The notes: generated from the sequence alone by a model not told the origin. DNA of 61,849 nt from an uncultured virus (IMG/VR IMGVR_UViG_3300034095_001075) (IMGVR_UViG_3300034095_001075); one strand, 5' to 3'. Positions 39,148 through 48,586 are shown, counted from the stretch's first letter. Made by a program: numbers and translations.

Positions 39148-39530
39148 TGGATGCAGGTATATTCGATCTTTATGCAGATTTCGGAACCACCTATACGGTG
39201 AATTTTGAATACAATAATGCAGACAATACTTCTATCGATTTAGGAGATGGTGTCTTATCTTTTTATGTTAAAAGATCTATTCTTCCATATGATGTATATT
39301 TTTCCGTACATTCTAATGGAACTATCATGGAAGGTGCTATGCCATTTCCCAATTCAGACACCGGATATGGTGAATTGAATATAGAGACAGATGGTACAGC
39401 CAACATGGAGATCTATTCAAGTACTTTGGCTGAGCTGCAACCTGTTAATTATTTTTACACTCTGGTATATGTTGCAAATGGAATAGAAACTATGCTTCTC
39501 AAAGGAAAATTTTCTGTGGAGGCAGCATGA
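39147..39530 (+). CDS. Hypothetical virion adaptor-like protein
   Basis: AG.FDL.AD.GTTY...F.Y...D...IDL...YFYTL.......LLKGKFSV; resembles the ends of 15495-16112. Confidence 0.5.
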   Translation: MDAGIFDLYADFGTTYTVNFEYNNADNTSIDLGDGVLSFYVKRSILPYDVYFSVHSNGTIMEGAMPFPNSDTGYGELNIETDGTANMEIYSSTLAELQPVNYFYTLVYVANGIETMLLKGKFSVEAA

Positions 39531-39646
39531 GAAAGTTAAAAATAACAGAAAATCAAAGAAGCAAAGTTTACCACAAAAGAGGGACTATAAATACAATAGT
39601 AATCAAAAGGAATTCTCAAAAAACCACTATTGTTCTAGTTCCCTAA
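39527..39646 (+). CDS. 39-aa basic small protein (not in ORF track)
   Basis: GGAGG SD, ATGA overlap, MRKLKITENQRSKVYHKRGTINTIVIKRNSQKTTIVLVP*; fills the gap exactly. Confidence 0.55.
   Translation: MRKLKITENQRSKVYHKRGTINTIVIKRNSQKTTIVLVP
39586..39593 (+). promoter_or_regulatory. Late promoter TATAAATA at head of the fibre cassette
   Basis: Exact consensus ~55 nt before ATG 39648. Confidence 0.55.
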
Positions 39647-39647
39647 A

Positions 39648-39890
39648 ATGGCAAAACAACTCTACTATTACGATAACAGGACGAAATCAGTATTGGCAGT
39701 TGCACCAAATACTGTAGAAGCATATCCTACATTAGAAAATATTAAAGCGTTTTTGCAGAGTGATATGGGTATTCTTTCTCCTCTTTCTATAGTTACAGTG
39801 GATAGCAATTCGTTTTTGGATAAATTGAATGTTGGTGAGATTGATGTTTCTACAATAACCAGTGCAGAACTTGATGGTGGTGAATTTTAA
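39648..39890 (+). CDS. Small protein ending in LDGGEF
   Basis: 80 aa; C-terminal DGGxF motif; abuts the next gene. Confidence 0.6.
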   Translation: MAKQLYYYDNRTKSVLAVAPNTVEAYPTLENIKAFLQSDMGILSPLSIVTVDSNSFLDKLNVGEIDVSTITSAELDGGEF

Positions 39891-41540
39891 ATGTCTGATG
39901 TAAAAATTAAAATAAAACGATCTCTAGTCCCCGGTACAATACCGGGAATTTTATCTCTTGGTGAATTGGCAATAAACATACCCGATAAGAAAATCTATAT
40001 TGGTGATGATAGCACAGACGGTAACACACTTATATTTAATGGAGTTTCTGGATCCGGTTCTTCTATAGATGTTTATGGTAAGAATGGAATATCTGTAGAT
40101 ACTGATGGGGGGATTTCTCTGGATCTGAAATCTGGATCTTTTTCTACACAGAATATATCAAAATCAGATAAAGTCCCATATTTAGATTTTGAAACGAATA
40201 CCACTAAATTTACAAATGCCAGACTTTTATTTACACAAACATTTGCTAATAGCATGTCTGACGGCGCATTTGGTACGGTAGGAGATCAGAGAATAGCATT
40301 TGCGATACAAGATGGAAATCCAGATTCATTCGAGATAAAAACTTTACAGAATGGAACTGGTGCAAAATCGGCGATTATAAAAATTGATACAAGTCCAGTC
40401 GATGGATCACGAATGGATTTTGGATCTTCTACACTTACAATAGCACCATCAGAAGAATTGGCGTTGCAATGCTTGGGTGGTCAAATGACTGTTAACACCC
40501 CAACTGTTCAGTTTCAGACAAATGATTTAAATTTCACATCAGAAGATACTACTGTATATGGAATTAATACACTACAAGCAGGACCGAGCGGGAATATATT
40601 TGTAACCGGCAATCTCACTATTTCTGGTTACATTGAAACTGGTACTATAGGGGCGCAATTTTCAGAACAAATACGAGACTTGTTTGCTGCTACTTTGGTA
40701 GCAGGCGATAACATTGATATAGATTACAGCGACACAAATAATTCAATATCAATAAGTACACTTGGTAGTGTTTGGGATAGAAATGATGCTACTTTAGCAA
40801 CTGATATTTTTGGAATTCCTGCTGGAACGACAATAGCAGCAGGAACAGATGCAATTACAGTATTAGAAAGAATATTATATCCGTTTCAGCCGGCAACTGT
40901 TTCGACATTTACTATGTCTGGTTCTACAACAGTTGAATTGGGACAAAGTGTTTCAAGTCCGTCTTTTACATGGGTTATTGGGAATCTAACAAATGCCAAT
41001 ATTGCAACTCTAGCTTGGTCGGGAGTAGCATCAGGAAGTTCTGTGTTCAATCCTGCATCCAATCAAACTGCATACGATCCGGCAATTGGTACAGTCAGCA
41101 GCACAACTGCTGGAGCAACTTTATCATTTAGTCTGACGGTTACTCAGGATGATGTTGCATATTCTAATGCAACTAGTAGCAGAACAGTCACTTGGCGTCC
41201 AAAGATATATGTCGGTCGCTCCACCCAGTCTGATTATACAAACATTACAAATGTAACTGATATAACAGGAGGAACTGATTATTTCGTATCTGGTACATCT
41301 CCTGCTACATCAAGTGGAGGAGCATCAATATCTTCCGGTTCTGGATTTATTTACATTTTAGTGCATAGTAGTATAAATGATTTATCTACTTTGAGCATAG
41401 ACCAGACACCCGGACAATTATCTGCGTTTAGTAAGGTATCGAGTTCTCATAGTATAAATAATGGTTATACAAATTCAACCTATAAAGTTTATAAATCAGC
41501 GAATGAATTAACTGGATCTATAAGATTGGATTTTACATAA
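39891..41540 (+). CDS. Fibre-like virion protein with Mtd-N-like N-terminus
   Basis: IKIKRS..PG.IP..L.LGELAIN..DKKIYIG; S/T-rich body. Confidence 0.65.
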   Translation: MSDVKIKIKRSLVPGTIPGILSLGELAINIPDKKIYIGDDSTDGNTLIFNGVSGSGSSIDVYGKNGISVDTDGGISLDLKSGSFSTQNISKSDKVPYLDFETNTTKFTNARLLFTQTFANSMSDGAFGTVGDQRIAFAIQDGNPDSFEIKTLQNGTGAKSAIIKIDTSPVDGSRMDFGSSTLTIAPSEELALQCLGGQMTVNTPTVQFQTNDLNFTSEDTTVYGINTLQAGPSGNIFVTGNLTISGYIETGTIGAQFSEQIRDLFAATLVAGDNIDIDYSDTNNSISISTLGSVWDRNDATLATDIFGIPAGTTIAAGTDAITVLERILYPFQPATVSTFTMSGSTTVELGQSVSSPSFTWVIGNLTNANIATLAWSGVASGSSVFNPASNQTAYDPAIGTVSSTTAGATLSFSLTVTQDDVAYSNATSSRTVTWRPKIYVGRSTQSDYTNITNVTDITGGTDYFVSGTSPATSSGGASISSGSGFIYILVHSSINDLSTLSIDQTPGQLSAFSKVSSSHSINNGYTNSTYKVYKSANELTGSIRLDFT

Positions 41541-41541
41541 T

Positions 41542-41949
41542 ATGGCAATTACAGGAACAGTAACCGTAGGAGCAGCAATCGCTCCTACAGCAGAAACGGA
41601 TACATATCCGGTAACTAATCCAAAATATGGATTGGGTTCTTTGCGTACTGTACAGGCTCTAACAGATAGAAATGATATTTCTTCTGCTCGTAGAGAAGCT
41701 GGAATGATTGTATATGTGATCGATGTAGATAAATATTTCAAATTAAGTGAACCAAATAATGCTGTAGAGAACGAAAAATGGACAGAATTGGTGTTTCTAC
41801 CAGCTACTATTGACTCTGGTGGTAATATACATATAGCAGGCAATCTAATTGTTTCTGGTTATATTGAAACCGATACAGGTATTCGTGGAAACACGGACAA
41901 CGAACTGGAATATATTGTTGGTATGGATATGGATGGCGGAACCTATTAA
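41542..41949 (+). CDS. Virion accessory protein ending in MDGGTY
   Basis: DTYP......G.LR.V....DRN.I...RR..GM.VYV....KY.KL module; shares GNI...GNL.(I/V)SGYIET with the upstream gene. Confidence 0.6.
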   Translation: MAITGTVTVGAAIAPTAETDTYPVTNPKYGLGSLRTVQALTDRNDISSARREAGMIVYVIDVDKYFKLSEPNNAVENEKWTELVFLPATIDSGGNIHIAGNLIVSGYIETDTGIRGNTDNELEYIVGMDMDGGTY

Positions 41950-41965
41950 TAGAGGAATATGAACA

Positions 41966-44737
41966 ATGTCGGTAATTAAGATCAAACGCGGAACAACCGA
42001 TCCAACTGCATCAAATGTAACAAATGCGGGAGAGCTGGCAGCAAATACAAGCACTCCCAAGGTGTTCCTTAAGACTGCTGACGATAGTATCACAACTCCA
42101 ATCTGGGTTGGTGCTCAAATCGAAGCAACTCCTGGCGATTGGACAAGCGCAACCAAGCTGGCAACTCAAAGTGGTATTAATACCACCTTTATGCCAAAAG
42201 CTGGTGGTACTTTTACCGGAGTAACTTCTTTCAGTCAAGGTAGCACCGCAGCTGGTGAAATTCGTTTATTAGAAGATACTGATGACGGTTCGAACTATTC
42301 AGCATTCCGTGGTTCTGCTAGAGCCGCAAATATTACTTATGTACTTCCTACAACAGATCCTACTGCTGGTCAAGTATTAGCATCTACTGCTCCTTCTTCT
42401 AATGTTGCTACTTTAAGTTGGGCAGATGCATCTTCGGCAACTACAGTATCGACTACCTCAGATGACACAAATACTACAAGATATTTGGTATTCAGTACAA
42501 CTGCAGGATCCGGTAAGACTTTATATGTTGATGATACTACTACACCTTTAACATACAATCCCTCTACGGCAAGTTTGACACTTGGTGGAGATCTTGCTGT
42601 TAATGGTGCAGACATTACTACTACTGGTGCAACTGCTACTGTATTTAATACAGGTGCTACAACAGTAAGTGCGTTTGGTGCTGCAACAACAGCAACTCTT
42701 GGTTATAATAGTACTGGATCGTCTACTACAAATATTTCAACTGGTGCTGTTGCAACAGAGAATACCAAATCAATCAACATTGGTACTGGTGGTGACGGAG
42801 GATCTACAACGGAGATAACACTGGGCGCAACAACTGGTTCTTCTGAAATCATCATAAATGTTGGAAACGGACCCCGATTTTACTATCAACCAGGATCTTA
42901 TGAATCGAGTTTAGGTAATGTTAATACTATTTCTTCGTTTACAAGAAGTACAAATTATCCATTCTTAAGAATATCTAACGGAGCACATGTAAGTGCTACA
43001 GGCGGTGATAGTGGAGTAATTGACCTTTACGGATCTGATACGGGAATATCACAACCAAAAATATGTAATATTCTTCCAACAGTAGCTACTGCTGTTGCAA
43101 GTACAGTAAATATCGGAAGTGCATATACTGGTAATACTGTAAAAATTCTTGGCACAGCAGCTGGTACAACTACACTCAGTAGTGATGTAACATCTGGAAC
43201 TGTTAATTTGTTTTCTGGAGTTACAACTGGTACTGTAAATTTTGCAAATGGTGGTTCATCCGTTGTAGAAATTGGTTCAACGATAAGATCTAGTCAAACA
43301 ACTGCAAATGTATTTAATACTACTGCAACTACTGTTAACTTGGCAGGCGCCGGTACAACAGTAGCAATAGGTGCTGCTACTGGTACTACGACAATCAATA
43401 ATGCTAATACAGTTGTTACTGGTGACTTGGCAGTAAATGGTGGAGACATCACTACATCATCAACAACTGCAACAGTATTCAACGCAACTGCAACTACTGT
43501 TAACTTGGCAGGTGCTGGCACAACAGTAGCAATAGGTGCTGCTACTGGTACAGCAACCATCAACAATGCTACAGTAACTCTTGCAAATGCAACTACCATG
43601 AATGTAAATGGTGCAAGTCCAACTCTTGCTTCAAGTTCAACTGGTACACTTACATTATTCAACACCAACTTGGCTACAGTAAATGCGTTTGGTGCTGGCA
43701 CAACAGTAGCAATAGGTGCTGCTACTGGTACTACGACAATCAATAATGCTACAGTAACTCTTGCAAATGCCACAACATTGAATGTAAATGGTGCAAGTCC
43801 AACTCTTGCTTCAAGTTCAACTGGTACACTTACATTATTCAACACCAACTTGGCTACAGTAAATGCGTTTGGTGCTGCAACAACAGCAACTCTTGGTTAT
43901 AATAGTACTGGAACATCCACTACAAATATTTCAACTGGTGTTGCTGCAAGTACTTTCACTAAAACAGTCAACATTGGTACAGGAAGTGCAGCAGGATCTA
44001 CAACGAATGTGACAATTGGTTCGTCCAGTGGCACATCTACTGTAACAATTAATGGTAACTTGACAGTCGCTGGCACAACCACAACTGTCAATACAACCAA
44101 TCTTGATGTTCAAGATAAGAATATTACATTAGGAAAGGGAAATACATCAGACGCAGGCGCTGATACTGCTGGTATTACCGCAGATGCAACCAGTCCAAAG
44201 ACTTTGCAATATGATAATACAAATACTGCTTGGACAAGTTCAGAAAACATGAATGTTGCTACCGGCAAAGCATATAAAGTCGCTGGTACAAATGTATTGA
44301 CTGCAACTGGACTTGGCTCAGGTGTAGTCGGATCATCGCTTACATCAGTTGGTACAATTAGTTCAGGTACATGGCAAGGAACTGCAATCGGTATGGCATA
44401 TGGTGGTAGTGGTAAAAATCTTACCGCTGTAAACGGTGGTATAGTTTATTCAGATGCTGATAGTTTCGAAATTCTTGGTGCCGGCACAAGCGGATATATT
44501 CTAACCTCTGGTGGTGCTGGTGCTCCTGCTTGGACAAACACGATAACAGCAACATTGACCGGAACTGCATCGAATGCTTCAGCAGTGACTATGGCAAGTT
44601 CTACCGATACTACTTCTTACCTTGCATTCGTAAGTGATGCATCAGCAACAAGTCAAGGATTGAAATACAACTCTTCGTTACTATATAATGCTACTACTAA
44701 TTACCTTGATGCGAACATTGACGGTGGAACTTATTAA
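41966..44737 (+). CDS. Long Thr/Ala/Gly-rich repetitive tail fibre protein
   Basis: N-terminal IKIKRG...GELA.N; internal repeats; GNLTVAGTTTTVNTTNLDVQDKNITL fibre motif; C-terminal IDGGTY. Confidence 0.75.
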   Translation: MSVIKIKRGTTDPTASNVTNAGELAANTSTPKVFLKTADDSITTPIWVGAQIEATPGDWTSATKLATQSGINTTFMPKAGGTFTGVTSFSQGSTAAGEIRLLEDTDDGSNYSAFRGSARAANITYVLPTTDPTAGQVLASTAPSSNVATLSWADASSATTVSTTSDDTNTTRYLVFSTTAGSGKTLYVDDTTTPLTYNPSTASLTLGGDLAVNGADITTTGATATVFNTGATTVSAFGAATTATLGYNSTGSSTTNISTGAVATENTKSINIGTGGDGGSTTEITLGATTGSSEIIINVGNGPRFYYQPGSYESSLGNVNTISSFTRSTNYPFLRISNGAHVSATGGDSGVIDLYGSDTGISQPKICNILPTVATAVASTVNIGSAYTGNTVKILGTAAGTTTLSSDVTSGTVNLFSGVTTGTVNFANGGSSVVEIGSTIRSSQTTANVFNTTATTVNLAGAGTTVAIGAATGTTTINNANTVVTGDLAVNGGDITTSSTTATVFNATATTVNLAGAGTTVAIGAATGTATINNATVTLANATTMNVNGASPTLASSSTGTLTLFNTNLATVNAFGAGTTVAIGAATGTTTINNATVTLANATTLNVNGASPTLASSSTGTLTLFNTNLATVNAFGAATTATLGYNSTGTSTTNISTGVAASTFTKTVNIGTGSAAGSTTNVTIGSSSGTSTVTINGNLTVAGTTTTVNTTNLDVQDKNITLGKGNTSDAGADTAGITADATSPKTLQYDNTNTAWTSSENMNVATGKAYKVAGTNVLTATGLGSGVVGSSLTSVGTISSGTWQGTAIGMAYGGSGKNLTAVNGGIVYSDADSFEILGAGTSGYILTSGGAGAPAWTNTITATLTGTASNASAVTMASSTDTTSYLAFVSDASATSQGLKYNSSLLYNATTNYLDANIDGGTY
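42670..43912 (+). repeat. 49-bp identical direct repeats (42670-42718 and 43864-43912)
   Basis: tgcgtttggtgctgcaacaacagcaactcttggttataatagtactgga occurs twice in frame; similarity continues with actacaaatatttcaactggtg. Confidence 0.85.
43511..43877 (+). repeat. Near-identical 180-bp (60-aa) tandem duplication within the fibre gene
   Basis: 43511-43697 matches 43691-43877 with few mismatches; a partial earlier copy at ~43322-43400. Confidence 0.9.
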
Positions 44738-44756
44738 TAATTAAAGGAAATATATT

Positions 44757-44978
44757 ATGAATGAAGTGAATTATAATGAAACGGTAATTTTACCTTATTT
44801 GCAAAGAAAATATCAAGAAGCAGCCAATTCTAATTTAGTGTTAGAGGCTACTTTATTGGTAGAACAAGCAAAAAATCGTGATTTACTAGAGAAATTACAA
44901 AAAATGACAGAACTCCAAGTTGCTTCTCCCAAAAAGAAGAAGTCAGCGGAGTCTGTATTGGATGCTGATACTTACTAA
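44757..44978 (+). CDS. Small coiled-coil protein ending in LDADTY
   Basis: SD aaagga; YLQRK.QE...NL.LEA.L heptads; typical fibre-associated chaperone-like gene. Confidence 0.6.
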   Translation: MNEVNYNETVILPYLQRKYQEAANSNLVLEATLLVEQAKNRDLLEKLQKMTELQVASPKKKKSAESVLDADTY

Positions 44979-44984
44979 ATATTG

Positions 44985-45012
44985 TTGACTTCATTGATCA
45001 TGTTGATATAAT
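44985..45012 (+). promoter_or_regulatory. Sigma70-like promoter inside the fibre cassette
   Basis: TTGACT-N16-TATAAT in the intergenic gap; ggag SD follows; ACTAAATA late-like box at 44974-44981. Confidence 0.7.
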
Positions 45013-45032
45013 GAAATTATCTGGAGTGATTT

Positions 45033-46073
45033 ATGGCATCAAAAATATTAGTTAAACGCGGAACCGCCGCACCTGCAGCAGCAGCATTGACGCAGTATGA
45101 ATTAGCAGTAGATACTACCAATAAGCGCACATATATTGGAGCAGCTGATGGTTCTGGTATTCTTGTAGGATTTGGTACTGCTACTTCGGCTGAAATAGCA
45201 AGTATTGTAACTGATGAAACAGGTAGTGGTAAATTAGTATTTGGTACTTCTCCAGAAATCTTAACTAGTTTAACTACAACAAGCGCATCATTTAATTTAC
45301 TGAACGAAACAGTTCGTACCTTGAATATTGGTGGAGTAGCTACTACCATAAACATACTGGGAACAACAGATGCTGCTGCTCTTGCCACTTATACTATAAA
45401 CATAGGAAATGCAATACTCACCCCTACTACTGGGTCAACTACTAAAAATATAAACATTGGTGGAGATGCCGCAACCCCTTCTAATACTAATATAGTTATA
45501 GGTGGTAAATACTCAGTCGCCCCAATAACTTCACCCGGCACTATTGCCGTTACTATATTTGGATCTTTAGATATATCACAAACAACTGGTCTTTTTATGC
45601 CAAACGATTTCTTCGTTGGCTCTTCACCATTACAAATTAGTGGCACTCCTATTAGCATGGCAAGTCCCGGCGAAAGTTTCATACGAGACACCGCAGGAAA
45701 TGGATTGAATATAGGAGACAATCCGGATGGTGCTCCAATAAAAATAGGTGATTATGCTGGCACAGCCCTAACTAATACTGTATTGACAATAGATGCTAGT
45801 CTTGAAACCATTTATTTAGCAGCAGCAAATGGTACTAGTGTTGATGGGTTACTTGGTTTGATTGCTCAAGCAGAACTCAGATTCTATGATTCTGATAGTT
45901 CGAATTATGTTGGATTTAAATCACCAGCAACCGTCACTGCAAATAAAATGTGGACTCTACCATCTGTGGATGGAAGTGGTGGACAAATGTTGTCTACAAA
46001 CGGTTCAGGCACACTGAGTTGGGCAACTCCTCCGGGTGCAGAATTAGTACTTTTTACTCTAGGAATTATTTAA
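45033..46073 (+). CDS. Fibre-like virion protein with Mtd-N-like N-terminus
   Basis: ILVKRGTAAP.....YELAVDTTNKRTYIG; C-terminal LRFYD.DSSNYVGFKSP......WTLP..DG..GQ.LSTNGSGTLSW module. Confidence 0.65.
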   Translation: MASKILVKRGTAAPAAAALTQYELAVDTTNKRTYIGAADGSGILVGFGTATSAEIASIVTDETGSGKLVFGTSPEILTSLTTTSASFNLLNETVRTLNIGGVATTINILGTTDAAALATYTINIGNAILTPTTGSTTKNINIGGDAATPSNTNIVIGGKYSVAPITSPGTIAVTIFGSLDISQTTGLFMPNDFFVGSSPLQISGTPISMASPGESFIRDTAGNGLNIGDNPDGAPIKIGDYAGTALTNTVLTIDASLETIYLAAANGTSVDGLLGLIAQAELRFYDSDSSNYVGFKSPATVTANKMWTLPSVDGSGGQMLSTNGSGTLSWATPPGAELVLFTLGII

Positions 46074-46083
46074 AGGAAATTAT

Positions 46084-46467
46084 ATGGCAACAACAGCACA
46101 ATACACATCACAACCACTCGTTGAAGGAACTACTACAGCAACCACAGCATCTTCTACTGTCGCAGCAGCATTAGCCACAACTGCAGCAGCAGGAGTTGGT
46201 AAAAGAATTATTCGAGTATATTCAACTGTCCCAACAACAAATACAGCAGGTAAACTTAGTTTATATGTTGTAATCAGTGCAACTGATTATTTGATTGCAG
46301 AACGAGCAGTTGCAGCAAATACAGTCGGTACGACTACCGCCGCACTGAGAGTTGAATTTCCGGAAGCCGTTGGTATGGTGCTTCCCGGTGGTACTACAAC
46401 TTCATTGAAAATTACTAATGGATTAAATGTTACAATCCACAATACTGTGGAGAGCGGCTTATTATGA
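46084..46467 (+). CDS. Hypothetical virion protein
   Basis: 127 aa, T/A-rich, SD aaagga; between the fibre gene and the Gly-rich gene. Confidence 0.55.
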   Translation: MATTAQYTSQPLVEGTTTATTASSTVAAALATTAAAGVGKRIIRVYSTVPTTNTAGKLSLYVVISATDYLIAERAVAANTVGTTTAALRVEFPEAVGMVLPGGTTTSLKITNGLNVTIHNTVESGLL

Positions 46468-47552
46468 ATAATGGTTTTTTTGGTTTTCCTTCTTCTTTAG
46501 ATTCAAGTGTAATAGATATCAAAGAATTTGATATTAGTGGTGTATATGTTGTGCCACAAAATACAAAAACACTTATTATATTTGCTGTGGGTGGTGGTGG
46601 TGGTGGCGCCGGTGGCGTGCGCTTGGTTGGAAACGGTGGTTCTGGTGGTTCTGGTGGTAATTCTGGAAATTTTGTACTGTCTCAAATAGATAAAAAATCA
46701 TTAAATGGAATAACTACATTAAATATTATAATAGGAGCCGGTGGCTCTGGTGGTGCGGGATCAGCATCAAATGGTGCAACAGCCTCTAATGGGGGTGGTG
46801 GTGGTGCAACAACCATTGGGGTTTCTGGTAAAAAAAATCCATTTATATCCGCTGCTGGAAATCAATATGGTCTTGCCGGATCGGCTGCATTTGGTCCAAC
46901 ATCACAGGCAGCTTCTGGAGTTAGTGCGGGAATATCGTTAATGTTTGGTTCTGTTGTATTTGGTGAATACGGACTCACTCCCGGCGGGAATGGCGCGCCA
47001 TTTCACGCAGGCACAAACACAACACATCCTATTTTAACGCGTCCGTTTGACGGAATTGGTGGAAGAGCAGGAAGAGGTTCAACTGACTCTGTTGCCGGAA
47101 CAGTGCATGTTTTTTCTCCTTACAGTTGTGGTGGTGGTGGCGGTGGGGGAGTATCTTATACCACAGTCCCTGGCACCGCACAAACTGGAGGTGGTATAAA
47201 ATTTATGAATGCTTCTAGTGCCGATTTCGACGCACATGCTACCATATATAAATCTATATTTTCTTACTGTCTGTCCGGTGATTATTCTCCAGGCGATGTT
47301 GTTTATTCTGGTGGTGCAATAAATACGGCAACTGCTACTATAAACTCAAATCAGATGATTTGTCCAGATTGTATGTTTAGTGCAGGATTTGGAGGAGCCG
47401 GTGGTGGTGGAGGTGCATCAACTTCTGCAAACAATGGAGCAAATGGATATCGTGGAGGTGGTGGAGGTGGTGGAGGTGGCTCTAAGAATGTTGCCGCCGG
47501 TACGGGTGGTACTGGCGGAAACGGTTATGTAAAAATAATTGCAATCGGATAA
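46464..47552 (+). CDS. Glycine-rich adhesin-like protein (receptor-binding tip candidate)
   Basis: EF..SG.Y.VP.......AVGGGGGG ... I.IGAGG.GG ... GGGGGGG...G.GG.GG.GYV.I polyglycine domain. Confidence 0.7.
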   Translation: MNNGFFGFPSSLDSSVIDIKEFDISGVYVVPQNTKTLIIFAVGGGGGGAGGVRLVGNGGSGGSGGNSGNFVLSQIDKKSLNGITTLNIIIGAGGSGGAGSASNGATASNGGGGGATTIGVSGKKNPFISAAGNQYGLAGSAAFGPTSQAASGVSAGISLMFGSVVFGEYGLTPGGNGAPFHAGTNTTHPILTRPFDGIGGRAGRGSTDSVAGTVHVFSPYSCGGGGGGGVSYTTVPGTAQTGGGIKFMNASSADFDAHATIYKSIFSYCLSGDYSPGDVVYSGGAINTATATINSNQMICPDCMFSAGFGGAGGGGGASTSANNGANGYRGGGGGGGGGSKNVAAGTGGTGGNGYVKIIAIG

Positions 47553-47556
47553 CAAA

Positions 47557-47757
47557 ATGAAATATGCATTAGTAGAAAAAAATACAAATATTGTAAATAA
47601 TATCATAATCTGGGACGGTATAGGGGGTATAATAAATTTAGAAGTATACACTCCTATATTATTAAATGAAAATGAAGATTGTGCTGTTGGTTATGTTTAT
47701 GATCTAAATTTACTACCTAGATTTTTTGCTATAGATTTTTTCTCTATAGCATTTTGA
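47557..47757 (+). CDS. Small tail-fibre-assembly-like protein
   Basis: MKYALVE....V.N.I.WDG...CAVG..YD...F pattern that commonly follows Gly-rich genes; ATG 47557 preferred. Confidence 0.55.
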   Translation: MKYALVEKNTNIVNNIIIWDGIGGIINLEVYTPILLNENEDCAVGYVYDLNLLPRFFAIDFFSIAF

Positions 47758-47779
47758 TATATTTTAATATGGAGATACA

Positions 47780-48586
47780 ATGAAATTTTATATGTCATAT
47801 TGGTCAAATGGCTATTATGGTGAATTGGATGAATATATGTTGGACATACATCGGTTGAGTGTCCATTTAGTTAATAAACATTATGGTGAGTGTCATTTAA
47901 TAACAGATAGCAATTCAAAGAAATATTTTTCGGAATTGCCTTTTGCTTCAATTTCTACCCACTTGGATACTGTCCCGGTGCAAAAAAACAATTGGGCATT
48001 AGGTAAATTATATGCTTATAATTTTTTAAGCAAAAATAATATTCCTTTTTGTCATATAGATTATGATGTGTTTTTATGGAAAAGTTTACCAGAAACATTA
48101 TTAAAAAGTGAAGTTTTTTGTCAACATAAAGAAGAAAAAGTATACGATTTATATAGCTTTTATATGTTAAAAAAATATAATATCAATACTCATTTAATAG
48201 GTAGAATACCAGATAGAAACGAAAAGACAATTGCATTTAATGTTGGTATTTTTGGTGGAAATAACTTAGAATTTATTGAAAAATATTCTTCTAGTGCTAT
48301 TGATTTTGCTATAGACAAACACAATCAAGAATGCTATAATGAAATTTCAAAGGTGCAAAAGCATCCAATACCTTGTATTACTGAACAGTATTATCTGTAT
48401 GTTTGTTCTCAAAAATTTAATCAAAATGTCCAGTTTTTATTAAATGGAAAAATGCAAGATTATGAGAATGAAGCATCTGAATTGGGATATACACATTTGA
48501 TAGGATACAAATCTCATCCCAAAACAAAAGAAGCAGTTTATTTGAAATTATATGAACACGGATTAAAGGAGCTAAAATATTCATGA
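47780..48586 (+). CDS. Glycosyltransferase-like protein (DUF6734-like), paralog 1
   Basis: LITDS, WALGKL.AY, PFCHIDYDVF (DxD), FNVGIFGGN, EQYYL, GYTHL.G. Confidence 0.6.
   Translation: MKFYMSYWSNGYYGELDEYMLDIHRLSVHLVNKHYGECHLITDSNSKKYFSELPFASISTHLDTVPVQKNNWALGKLYAYNFLSKNNIPFCHIDYDVFLWKSLPETLLKSEVFCQHKEEKVYDLYSFYMLKKYNINTHLIGRIPDRNEKTIAFNVGIFGGNNLEFIEKYSSSAIDFAIDKHNQECYNEISKVQKHPIPCITEQYYLYVCSQKFNQNVQFLLNGKMQDYENEASELGYTHLIGYKSHPKTKEAVYLKLYEHGLKELKYS

Noticed and set aside
43322..43912. Possible CRISPR-like repeat array
   Set aside because: Repeats are in-frame coding units of a fibre protein with no unique spacers and no cas genes.
39891..47552. Diversity-generating retroelement suggested by Mtd-N-like domains
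   Set aside because: No reverse transcriptase, no template/variable repeat pair differing at adenines, and no C-type-lectin-like variable C-terminus in the window.
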